Shown here piece by piece: positions 1 to 9,272 of a stretch of DNA of 16,973 nt. Each line of letters begins with the position of its first letter. Positions within the stretch are counted from its first letter, which is position 1. Source of the stretch: an uncultured Acidobacteriota bacterium (GTDB lineage: Bacteria > Acidobacteriota > UBA6911); assembly GCA_963843575.1 (NCBI GenBank), contig CAWJKZ010000008.1:1-16973 (forward strand). The letters are read 5' to 3'. The notes beneath the pieces are model-generated. The model saw only the letters and a list, made by a program, of their open reading frames with translations. It did not search any database and was not told where the DNA came from. The position numbers were made by a program, and so were the translations under genes.

Positions 1-81
1 TGCGGCAAAGTCTACTGGGCGGGGACGCACAGGGCGGCGGTGCTGCGGCGCCTGGAGGGGCTGCTGAATGACGTGGGATAG
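1..81 (+). CDS. 3' end of a Mut7-C RNase domain protein (partial, runs off the window start)
   Basis: Frame 1 translated by hand reads CGKVYWAGTHRAAVLRRLEGLLNDVG* (TAG 79-81). CGKxYWxG(S/T)H is the characteristic C-terminal Zn-ribbon motif of Mut7-C proteins. Confidence 0.75.
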   Translation, partial: CGKVYWAGTHRAAVLRRLEGLLNDVG

Positions 82-131
82 AAGGCCCGCCTCGAAGTCT
101 CTAAGAATCCCACATAAGTCAGGGAGGAGAC

Positions 132-2316
132 GTGCTGACCGACGAGCAACGTGACCAGGCGCTCAAATATGTGCGTTCGCTGAAGACCCGCACGTTCACG
201 TTTCGCGACGTCGTGCGCCATCTCGAACTCGCCAGCGACGACCGCCGCGACCTGCAGCGGTTCCTGGACGAACTCGACGAACAGGGGGTCATCCACCGCG
301 TCAAGCGCGGCCAGTACGCGCTGCCCGTGCGCGAAGACCTGGTTTCGGGCGCGATTGTCGGCCACCGGGACGGGTACGGGTTCGTCGTCCCGGACGACCG
401 AACCAGTTATCGCCAGGACATCTTCATCCCGGGCCGTAACATGGGTGAGGCAATGCACGGAGATCGGGTCCTGGTCAAGGTCGCCTCCCGCAAGAGGCCC
501 GTCCGCCACACCGCAAGGCGGTCGGCGCCCGCCGGCAAGGACGACCGACCGCATGGAAGGGTCGGTCGTCCGGGTGCTCGAACGCAAGTCTCCGAGCATC
601 GTGGGGCGCTTCTTCGAGCACCCCCGCTTCCCCTTCGTGCAACCGCTCGAAGCGCGAATGATCCACGACATCCGCATCCCGTCGAACGCGACCAAGGGGG
701 CGAGGCACGGGCAGATCGTGGTCGTGCCTCCTGACCGTGGCGCCGGGCAGGCACCAGGAACCCGAGGGCGAGGTGGTCGAGGTGCTCGGCTACCCCGGCG
801 ACCCGGGCATCGAGTACAGGATCGTTGAGCACAAGTTCCGGCTGCCCACCCGGTTCAGCCCCGAAGGCCGAGCGGGAGGCGGAGAGGATCCCCGACCGTG
901 TTCTTCTCGCGGAGATCGCCGGGCGCGAGGATTTCAGGAAGCGAGCTGGCGGTGACGATCGACGGCGAGACGGCGCGCGACTTCGACGACGCCATATCGC
1001 TGCGGCAGCCTGCCGAACGGACACTGGCTGCTGGGGGTGCACATCGCGGACGTGTCGCATTACGTGCACGAAGGCGCCCCCCTCGACCGCGACGCGTACG
1101 AGCGAGGCACCTCCGTCTACTTCCCCGACCGCGCCATCCCGATGCTTCCGCCGAAGCTCTCCAGCGGCATCTGCAGCCTGAATCCCGACGAGGACCGGCT
1201 TGTTTTCTCCGGCGATCATGGAAGTGGACGCCGAGGGCGAACGTCGTCGGTCGCAGGTTCGTCGAAGGGGTGCTCCACAGCTCGGCCAGGCTGACCTACA
1301 CGTCCGTCGCCCGCATCCTGGTCGACCGAGACCCCGGGGAGATGCGGCGCTACGCGGCACTCGTCCCCATGTTGGAGCAGATGCGCGAACTCTGCCTGAT
1401 CCTGTCCGGAGAGGAGGTACCGGCGCGGAGCCGTCGACTTCGACCTCCCCGAAGCCGACATCCGGTTCGACGAGAGCGGCCGGGTGACGAGCATCTTCCC
1501 GGCCGAGCGCAACATCGCCCACCGCATCATCGAGGAGTTCATGTTGCTGGCCAACGAAACCGTCGCCGAGCAACTGACCGAGTCCGGCGGCCCGGCCCTC
1601 TACCGGATCCACGAACAGCCCGACCCGCGGAAGGTCGAGGAATTCGCCGAGTTCGCGCTGGCGCTCGGCTACCCGCTCGAAAGCCACAAGGGACAGTACC
1701 GCCCCAGGGATTTCCAGAGGTTCGTCGAGCGGCTCGAGGGCAAACCCGAGGCGCGCTTCCTCGCCTACCTGATGCTCCGCTCGTTCATGCAGGCCCGCTA
1801 CTCGGAGGTCAACGTCGGGCATTTCGGCCTCGCGGCCACGCGAGTACACCCACTTCACGTCGCCGATCCGGCGCTACCCCGACCTGGTGGTGCACCGCCT
1901 GTTGAAGGAGTGCCTCAAGGAACACGCCGGAGAGCGGCTGGCAGGCGCCGGATGACCGTCGAGCTCCCAGGCATCGCCCTGCACACGTCGGCACGGGAGC
2001 GCAACGCCGACGAGGCCGAGCGGGAGATCGAGAAGCTAAAAAAGGTCGAGTTCATGGCCGACAAGGTCGGAGACGAATTCGACGCGTCGTCTTCTCGGTC
2101 ATCCGCCAGGGTTTCTTCGTCGAGCTGCTCGATCACTTCGTGGAAGGCTTCGTCCCGGCGGCGACCCTCATCGACGACCAGTACCTCTACAGGGAGAAGA
2201 CGCACTCGTTCGTGGGGGTGAGGGACCGGCGCCACTTCAAGCTGGGAGCGCGCGTCCGCGTGCGGCTCGACAACGCCGACCGGGAAAACTACCGGCTGAC
2301 CTTCTCCGCCGTGTAG
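132..2316 (+). CDS. rnr: Ribonuclease R, broken by about 11 apparent frameshifts
   Basis: GTG start after GGAGGAG. Successive frames give an N-terminal HTH, CSD1 (GHRDGYGFV...AMHGDRVLV), GEVVEVLG, catalytic [24 protein letters not shown]...[54 protein letters not shown] and an S1 domain ([15 protein letters not shown]). Stop TAG 2314-2316. Confidence 0.95.
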
Positions 2317-3716
2317 AAGGCCCGGACCAGCCCCTCACGAGATAGGCTCCTGCGCGGGGAAGACCGTGCGCAGGTCGATGAGGATCCTGTCGTCTTCGAC
2401 CCGCACCACGATCGGCGGGTCCTGCGCCCGTGAGCCGCGCTTCGACCCCGCGGCCCCCGGCGCCCGGGGATCTCAAGGGCCAGGAGCGCGGTCTCGAGTT
2501 CCGTCGCCGGGCACGATCCTCCGCCCACGACCGAATGCCCCGGCAGTCGCGACGATCTCAGTCCCCGCGGGCAGCCGCGGTGCCAGCCGGCGCGCGAAGC
2601 GCCGGCGCGGCGGCGCAGCCGTCCGCGGGCAGCGCGATCATGCTGCAGCACGGGGATGTCTTCGAACGCGCGGCCCGTCCTGTAACTCGCCAGGGTCGCT
2701 TCCAGCGCTCCGTAGACAGCTTGTCGACACGGTAGGTGCGCATGAGCGGGTTCTTGCGGATGGGCTTCCACCCAGCGGCGCGCAGCCCGCGACGATCCCG
2801 GCCTGCGGCCCGCCCAGGAGCTTGTCGGCGCTGAAGCAGACCAGGTCCGACACCCGCTTCGAGGCTCTCGCGCGCAAGCGGCTCGTCCCGGATGCCGTAC
2901 GCTCTCAGGTCGACCAGGCAGCCGCTGCCGATGTCTTCCACCAGCGGCACGCCGCGCCGCCGCGCAAGCGCGACCATCTCGTTCGAGCGCGGGTCGCGCC
3001 GTGAAGCCGCTGATCCGGTAGTTGCTTGGGTGCACGCGCAGGAGCAGCGCCGTCTCCGCCGTGACGGCCTGCTCGTAATCCTCCACCCTCGTCTTGTTGG
3101 TCGTGCCCACTTCCCGCAGTACGGCTCCACTACGCCCCAGGATGTCCGGGATCCGGAAAGAGCCCCCGATCTCGACGAGTTCGCCCCGGCGAGACGACGA
3201 CCTCGCGGCCCACCGCAAGGGTGTTCAGGATGAGAAACACCGCAGCGGCGTTGTTGTTGACCACGGTCGCCGCCTCGCAACCCAGCAGTTCGCGAAGGAC
3301 CGCCTCCGTCAACGCATCCCGTCGCGAACGAGCGCCCGGCTCCGAGATCGAATTCCAGATTGGTGTAGCAGGCGGATGCTGCCGATAAGGAATCCTGAGC
3401 CGCCCGCGACAGCGGCGCACGTCCGAGATTCGTGTGCAGGATGACGCCGGTGGCATTAATGACGGGCCGAAGCGCCGGGCGCAGCCTCGCCTGCAACCGT
3501 TCGTCCAGGGCGGAGTCGAGGCCGACCGCGGTCGGTGGATGCCCCCGGCGTCCCGCCGCGAATGGCCGTCCGCACCTCGTCGAGCATCGCCTGGATTTCG
3601 GATACGACGAACGACCGACTGGTGCGCGCGACCCACGCCGCGGCGCCGGGCTGCAGCAGCAGTTGGTCCACGGCTGGGATCTGCCGGAGCAACTCGTGGT
3701 CCGAGGTCGAAGTCAT
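2289..3716 (-). CDS. selA: L-seryl-tRNA(Sec) selenium transferase (selenocysteine synthase), broken by 10 or more apparent frameshifts; 3' end approximate
   Basis: Pieces across frames: [86 protein letters not shown]-lysine motif [29 protein letters not shown]. Confidence 0.93.
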
Positions 3717-3783
3717 GGATTTATTTCAACATAGCGCGACAGGGGAGTCAACTGCCCCGAACTCCCGCGCACGGCAACAAAAC

Positions 3784-4344
3784 TTGTACGACGACGATCT
3801 GAACAACCTGGAAGACTGGCTCCGGCGGCTGAAGGTGGAGTACGACATCTACTTCAACGGCCACCGGAAGAAACCCCCGGACGACCTCCGGATGAGGGTG
3901 GAAAAGGTCGTAAAGAAGCTGTCGGAGTGCGGCGACATGACTTTCCAGAACCGTTTCCGGTACAACACCCTGATAGCGAGGTACTACATCTTCCGCGACC
4001 TTTGGCGGCGGACACAGCAGGAGCGGGAGCAGAGTGACGACGGCAGCGAGGAAGCGGGCGGGCCTGCGGCAGAGCCGGCGCCGGGCAGCTGCAAGATACA
4101 CGTGTCCCTTACAGACCCGTTGACGGAAAAGGAGAAGGTTCGGCAGCTTTACGATGCCCTCCTGCGCATGAGGGGAATGCACGCGAAGGAGATGCAGGGC
4201 ATTTCCTATTCCCAGTTTTCCTCGTACATCACGGAAAAAACCCGGCACATCCGCGCTGCCTTCAGGTGCTCGACCGTGATGTTTACGATTGCGCTGGAGG
4301 ACGATGCGCTGAAATTCACTGCCAAGGCCGAGGACGGCAGCTAA
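3784..4344 (+). CDS. Conserved hypothetical protein resembling MXAN_5187 C-terminal domain-containing proteins (start uncertain: TTG 3784 or ATG 3715)
   Basis: Intact ORF. Helical N-part ([41 protein letters not shown]), acidic/Pro linker, and C-part ([32 protein letters not shown]). Family call is from recall only. Confidence 0.65.
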   Translation: MYDDDLNNLEDWLRRLKVEYDIYFNGHRKKPPDDLRMRVEKVVKKLSECGDMTFQNRFRYNTLIARYYIFRDLWRRTQQEREQSDDGSEEAGGPAAEPAPGSCKIHVSLTDPLTEKEKVRQLYDALLRMRGMHAKEMQGISYSQFSSYITEKTRHIRAAFRCSTVMFTIALEDDALKFTAKAEDGS

Positions 4345-4571
4345 CCCATCGATTCCTGATGTGCCTCGAGCCTCACAACGTTCTCCGCTTGCGGCCCGCG
4401 AGGCCCCATTTTCACGTCGAATTCGACCTGCTCACCCTCCCGGAGGGTCTTGTACCCCTTGTCCTGGATGGCACTGTAGTGGACAAACACATCCGCTCCA
4501 GAGTGCTGGGAAATAAAACCATACCCTTTGGTATTGTTGAACCACTTCACGGTGCCAGTGATTCTGGCCAT
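4341..4571 (-). CDS. Cold-shock protein (CspA family), 76 aa
   Basis: [20 protein letters not shown]...DVFVHYSAI...EGEQVEF: RNP1 (KGYGFI) and RNP2 (VFVHY) motifs. AGGAGG SD precedes ATG 4571. Stop overlaps the stop of the convergent gene. Confidence 0.95.
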   Translation of the reverse strand: MARITGTVKWFNNTKGYGFISQHSGADVFVHYSAIQDKGYKTLREGEQVEFDVKMGPRGPQAENVVRLEAHQESMG

Positions 4572-4679
4572 GCGTTCCCCTCCTGAAGCGAATCCGCCGG
4601 GAGTCATACCCAGGGTGACCGGAAGTCGGGGTAGAGGATCCGGGCGGTTCGCAACACTACACATAGGAAATTTGAGGCC

Positions 4680-4709
4680 AGCCTAGTCGAGCGGATTTCA
4701 GCTTGTCAA
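4680..4709 (-). promoter_or_regulatory. Putative sigma70 promoter for the csp gene
   Basis: Minus strand TTGACA (4709-4704), 18-nt spacer, TAGGCT (4685-4680), with an AT-rich tract upstream. Implies a leader of about 100 nt. Confidence 0.6.
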
Positions 4710-4744
4710 GGAGAAAAATATACTTTTCACAACCTCCCCCTTCG

Positions 4745-4750
4745 TATACT
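4745..4750 (+). promoter_or_regulatory. Putative -10 box for purH
   Basis: TATACT in the AT-rich divergent intergenic region about 40 nt before the purH start. The -35 match is weak. Confidence 0.4.
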
Positions 4751-4792
4751 ATCCTTTGCGATTCCCATAATTTAGCCACGATGGAGGGTCCC

Positions 4793-6358
4793 GTGATAGC
4801 TATCCGACGCGTGTTGGCGAGTGTTTCCGACAAGACCGGTCTGCTTGAGCTGGCGGCCTGCCTGAACAAGGGCGGGGCGGAGATCCTGTCGACGGGCGGT
4901 ACGGCACGCTTCCTGCGCGAAGCGGGACTTCCCGTCACTGACGTTTCCGATTACACCGGCTTCCCGGAAATGCTCGACGGGCGTGTCAAGACCCTGCACC
5001 CCAAGATCCACGGCGGGCTGCTCGGGCTGCGCGACAAGGCGACGCACCGCGAGCAGATGCGGGCTCACGGGATCGAGAACATCGACATGGTTGTGGTCAA
5101 CCTCTACCCGTTCCGTGAGGCCGCCGCGCGCCCCGATGCCTCGTTCGAGGAGGTCGTCGAGCAGATCGACATCGGCGGCCCGAGCATGGTCCGTTCGGCG
5201 GCAAAGAACCACGCCTCCGTGGCGGTGGTGACCGACCCGATGGACTACGGCTGGATCCTCAAGGAACTCGAATCCCATGACGGCAGCCTGGGCCCGGCGA
5301 CCCGGTTCATCCTCGCCCAGAAGGCCTTCGCCCACACGGCGGCGTACGACGCCGCGATCGCGAACTACCTGTCGGAACGCACCTGGTCGCCCCAGGGCGT
5401 GGTGAAGGCCGGAAATGCCCTCCCGCAGCTGGAAACGGTGGCGCTGGAAAAAGTGCAGGACCTGCGCTACGGGGAAAACCCGCATCAGCGCGCGGCGCTT
5501 TACTCGAGGATGGGTTACCCGAAATCGGGCGTGGTCGCCGCCGACGTCCTGCACGGCAAGGAGCTCAGCTACAACAATATGGTGGACGCCGAGGCGGCCT
5601 GGAACCTCATCCTGGAGTTCGATCGGGCGGCGGCCGCGGTGATCAAGCACACCAACCCGAGCGGCGTCGCACAGGCCGACATGATCGGCGACGCCTACGT
5701 CCTGGCCCGCGACTGCGACCCGGTCTCCGCGTTCGGTTCTGTGGTGGCGCTGAACCGCACCGTCGACGAGAAGACCGCGCAGGCGATCAACAGCACCTTC
5801 GTTGAAGTCGTGCTGGCGCCCGGCTTTGCACCGCAGGCGCTCGAAATTCTGAAACAGAAGAAAAACATCCGTCTGCTGCAAGTCCCCGACCTGCCGCCCC
5901 CCGGCGTCGAGCTGCGACAGGTCGGGGGCGGCTTCCTTATGCAGGACAGGGACGCCTACTTCGTCAAGCCGGATGATCTGAAGGTCGTCACCCGGAGAGC
6001 CCCGACTGCCGACGAGATGCAGGCCCTGCTGTTCGGGTGGCGCGTGGTCAAGCACGTCAAGTCCAACGCGATCGTTTTCAGCAGCTCCGAGCGCACCCTC
6101 GGAATCGGAGCCGGGCAGATGAGTCGCGTCGACTCGGTCAAATGGGGCGCCCAGCGTGCCCTCCTCCCGTTGCAGGGGTGCGCGATGGCTTCGGACGCGT
6201 TCTTCCCGTTCCCGGACGGGATCGAGATTGCCGCCGGTGTCGGGGTGCGCTCCATCATCCAGCCGGGCGGATCCGTGCGCGACGCCGACGCGATCGCCGC
6301 TGCCGACGCCCACGACATCGCCATGGTCTTCACCGGCATCCGCCACTTCCGACACTGA
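4793..6358 (+). CDS. purH: Bifunctional AICAR formyltransferase / IMP cyclohydrolase
   Basis: SVSDKTG, STGGT, GRVKTLHPKIHGG, IDIGGPSMVRSAAKN, LRYGENPHQ, KHTNP, KSNAI, GAGQMSRVD, SDAFFPFPDG, IIQPGGS, C-terminal RHFRH. GTG 4793 follows GGAGGG. Confidence 0.98.
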   Translation: MIAIRRVLASVSDKTGLLELAACLNKGGAEILSTGGTARFLREAGLPVTDVSDYTGFPEMLDGRVKTLHPKIHGGLLGLRDKATHREQMRAHGIENIDMVVVNLYPFREAAARPDASFEEVVEQIDIGGPSMVRSAAKNHASVAVVTDPMDYGWILKELESHDGSLGPATRFILAQKAFAHTAAYDAAIANYLSERTWSPQGVVKAGNALPQLETVALEKVQDLRYGENPHQRAALYSRMGYPKSGVVAADVLHGKELSYNNMVDAEAAWNLILEFDRAAAAVIKHTNPSGVAQADMIGDAYVLARDCDPVSAFGSVVALNRTVDEKTAQAINSTFVEVVLAPGFAPQALEILKQKKNIRLLQVPDLPPPGVELRQVGGGFLMQDRDAYFVKPDDLKVVTRRAPTADEMQALLFGWRVVKHVKSNAIVFSSSERTLGIGAGQMSRVDSVKWGAQRALLPLQGCAMASDAFFPFPDGIEIAAGVGVRSIIQPGGSVRDADAIAAADAHDIAMVFTGIRHFRH

Positions 6359-6420
6359 CCAGCGGTGGGCCGCGCCGGCTCGACGCGGCCCCGGATTTCG
6401 CCCAACCGTTGGATTGCTCG

Positions 6421-7559
6421 ATGGCTCTCAATCGCAGCTCAGGGGCGCGGGCGGGCTGGCCCGCTCGCATCCTCCGTCGTCGCCCTGGTTTCTATCGCCG
6501 GCACGAGAAGTATGTCCCGGTCGTGACCTTCGCGGCCGGGTTCGCGTGGGACTCGCTCACCCTGACGCGCATCGACCGGCTCGTCGGACAACCTGATCCT
6601 CCTCGGTTACCTGCTCGCACTGGGCGCCATGATCATCTTCACGCTGCGCAGGCAGGCGGGGCTGCTGCGGAACCGCTGGATCATGCGGGTCGAGCCGCAC
6701 TTCCTGTGGGCGATGCAGTTCCTGCTGGGCGGATTGCTGTCGAGCTATGTCGTGTTCTACTTCAAGAGCGTGTCGTGGACGCAGACGCAGTTCTTCTTCA
6801 TACTGCTGGTGGCGTTGCTGATCGGAAACGAGTTTCTGCATCACCGGCTGGGAAATCCCCTGCTGCTGGCGACCCTGTTTTTCTTCTGCGCGTTCTCGTA
6901 TTTCGCCTTCTTCCTGCCGGTGGTGTTGGCACGCGTGGGGACCGGCATGTTCCTGGTCTCCGGGAGCGCTGAGCTTCGGGCTGGCGATCCTGGTGTTTGC
7001 GCTGGCTTTCCCGGTCCGGACTCCGGGCTGGTTTCGCAAAATGGCCCCCGTGGCGGCCTGTGTCGTCGGTCACGTACGTGCTGCTGAACGCCTTCTACTT
7101 CGCCAACCTGATTCCACCCGTGCCGCTCGCCCTGAAAGGGGCGGGGATGTATCATCTGGTGCGCAGGACGGCCGACGGTTACGAGGTGCACTACGTGCCG
7201 CCGCCCGCCATACCGGTTCTGGAAGAGGTGGGACGACCCCTTTCAGGCTGTCGCCCGGGGAATCGGCCTACTGCTACACTTCGATTTTTGCGCCGCGCGG
7301 CATCAGGGTCCCGGTGCATCATCAGTGGAGGCGTTACCAGCCCGGCGCCGGCTGGATCGCCACGGACCGGATCGCATTCGAGATCTCCGGAGGACGCGAG
7401 GGGGGGTACCGTGGATTCAGCAACAAGCGCAGCCTGGCGCCCGGGAGGTGGCGCGTCGAGGTGGCCACGGAGGAAGGGGCTATACTGGGCCGGATAGACT
7501 TCAGGGTGGAGGAGAGGCCCGGAGGGCACACTCCCCTGGTGAGCGAGATCATACGCTGA
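6421..7559 (+). CDS. Membrane protein with C-terminal DUF2914 domain, broken by about 5 apparent +1 frameshifts
   Basis: Multiple hydrophobic segments (FAAGFAWDSLTLTRID, MQFLLGGLLSSYVVFY, NLIPPVPLALK) followed by YCYTSIFAP..HQW...ISGGREGGYRGFSNK..PGRWRVEV.TEEG..LGRIDF, typical of DUF2914. Confidence 0.75.
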
Positions 7560-7583
7560 GCATAGCATCTGAGAGGATTATCC

Positions 7584-9272
7584 ATGAAATGCACGGGAGC
7601 GGAGGCTCTGTGGGACTGCCTGGTCCGGGAGGGCGTGGACATCGTCTGGGGATATCCGGGCGGCGCTGCGCTTCCGCTGTTCGACGCGCTCGCCAAGTTC
7701 CCCCAGATCCACCACGTCCTGGTGCGTCATGAGCAGGCGGCCGCACACGCCGCGGACGGTTACGCGCGCGCGACCGGACGGACCGGCGTCTGCGTCGTGA
7801 CCTCCGGCCCGGGTGCGACGAACCTCGTGACCGGGATCGCGACGGCGATGCTGGACTCGGTCCCGGTGGTCGCCCTGACGGCGCAGGTGGCCGACCCGGT
7901 CATCGGGACCGACGCCTTTCAGGAAATCAACATCACCGGGATCACGCTGCCCATCACCAAACACAACTATCTGGTCCGGCAGAGCAAGGACTTGCTGCGC
8001 GCGTTGCGCGAGGCCTTTTTCCTTGCCAGGACCGGGCGGCCCGGCCCCGTGCTCGTCGATCTCCCCAAGGATATCCTCCTCGGATCCGCGGACTTCCACT
8101 TCCCGGAAAGGGTCTCCCGCCCCGGCTACCGTCCCGTTCTCCGTGCGGCCCCGTATCAGATCCAGCGCGCCGCGCGGGTGATCAGGGAGGCGAAGCGCCC
8201 CGTCGTGCTGGCGGGGCGCGGCATCCTCATCGCGAACGCGGCGAAGGAGCTGCAGGGCTTCGCCGAGCGCATCAACGCCCCCGTCGTGAGCACGCTGCTC
8301 GGCCTGAGCGCGATTTCAGCAGACCACCCGCTCGCGCTGGGAATGGCCGGCATGCACGGCGTCGCGTGGGCGAACCTCGCCACCCAGAACGCGGATCTGC
8401 TGATCGCCCTCGGGATGCGCATGGACGACCGGTTTACCGGGAGCCTGCCGCACTTTGCCCCCGACGCGAGGCTCCTCCACGTCGACATCGACCCTGCCGA
8501 AATCGGCAAGCGCGTCCCCGCGACGGTGCCGATGGTCGGCGACGTCCGGATCGTCCTCGAGGCACTGACCGCGGAGCTGCCCGAACTGAACCACGGCGAA
8601 TGGATCGCGGAAATCCGGGCGTGGCGCGAGCGGCACCCACTGGAGGTCCGCCTCGAAGGCGCACTGCCGCCCCAGGAGGTCGTCCGCGCCCTCCTCCGCG
8701 CCACCGGCGGCAACGGGATCGTCGTCAGCGACGTCGGGCAGCACCAGATGTGGGTGGCCCAGCACTACCGGTTCCGCCGCATCAACAGCTTCTTCACCAG
8801 CGGGGGCCTCGGCACCATGGGCTACTCGCTCCCCGCCGCACTCGGGATCCAGGCCGCGCACCCCGGGGAGCCCGTCTGGGTCGTGGTCGGCGACGGCAGC
8901 TTTCAGATGAACCTACAGGAACTGGCGACCGTCATCCAGGAACGCCTGCCCGTCAAAATCGTCATCATGGACAACGGGTTTCTCGGGATGGTGCGCCAGT
9001 GGCAGGAACTGTTTCATGGGGCGCGCTACATCGGGACACCGATCACGGGCCCCGACTTCGTGCAGCTGGCCGCAAGCTACGGCATCCCCGCACGCCGGGT
9101 CTGCGCCGTCTCCGAACTCGAGCCGGCATTCGCCGCCGCGCGCGAGGCCCCCGGCCCTTTCCTCCTGGACTGCAAGGTGGAGCCCGGCGAAAACGTCTAC
9201 CCCATGGTGCAGCCCGGCACCGGCAACGCCGATTTTGTCGAAGATCCGCGCAGGAGGCGGGAGGAACCATGA
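7584..9272 (+). CDS. ilvB: Acetolactate synthase (AHAS) large subunit, biosynthetic type
   Basis: GYPGG, RHEQ, TSGPGATN, DAFQE, GMHG, DVGQHQMW, ThDP motif GDGS..N, GMVRQWQ. GAGG SD upstream. Confidence 0.96.
   Translation: MKCTGAEALWDCLVREGVDIVWGYPGGAALPLFDALAKFPQIHHVLVRHEQAAAHAADGYARATGRTGVCVVTSGPGATNLVTGIATAMLDSVPVVALTAQVADPVIGTDAFQEINITGITLPITKHNYLVRQSKDLLRALREAFFLARTGRPGPVLVDLPKDILLGSADFHFPERVSRPGYRPVLRAAPYQIQRAARVIREAKRPVVLAGRGILIANAAKELQGFAERINAPVVSTLLGLSAISADHPLALGMAGMHGVAWANLATQNADLLIALGMRMDDRFTGSLPHFAPDARLLHVDIDPAEIGKRVPATVPMVGDVRIVLEALTAELPELNHGEWIAEIRAWRERHPLEVRLEGALPPQEVVRALLRATGGNGIVVSDVGQHQMWVAQHYRFRRINSFFTSGGLGTMGYSLPAALGIQAAHPGEPVWVVVGDGSFQMNLQELATVIQERLPVKIVIMDNGFLGMVRQWQELFHGARYIGTPITGPDFVQLAASYGIPARRVCAVSELEPAFAAAREAPGPFLLDCKVEPGENVYPMVQPGTGNADFVEDPRRRREEP

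Noticed and set aside
132-3716. Programmed ribosomal frameshifting or phase variation in rnr and selA
   Set aside because: Too many shifts per gene, and they are not at slippery heptamers or long homopolymer tracts. Sequencing error is more parsimonious.
3717-4780. tRNA-Sec (selC) near selA
   Set aside because: No cloverleaf with a UCA anticodon loop and T-arm was found in the intergenic stretches.
4710-4792. ZTP (pfl) or purine riboswitch upstream of purH
   Set aside because: The predicted leader is only about 40 nt and I see no conserved riboswitch motifs.
4772-6355. Long antisense ORFs (also 407-1858, 10677-11891, 12821-14422, 15785-16822)
   Set aside because: Antisense shadows of well-supported genes caused by GC3 bias, with no recognisable motifs.
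6356-6392. TGA of purH followed by a GGGCCGCG/CGCGGCCC hairpin as a possible SECIS read-through signal
   Set aside because: PurH ends at its canonical RHFRH terminus. The hairpin is better explained as a 3' stabilising or pause structure and has no U-tract.
8366-9268. Long upstream extension of the ilvN ORF
   Set aside because: Off-frame shadow of ilvB. The real ilvN start is the ATGA overlap at 9269.
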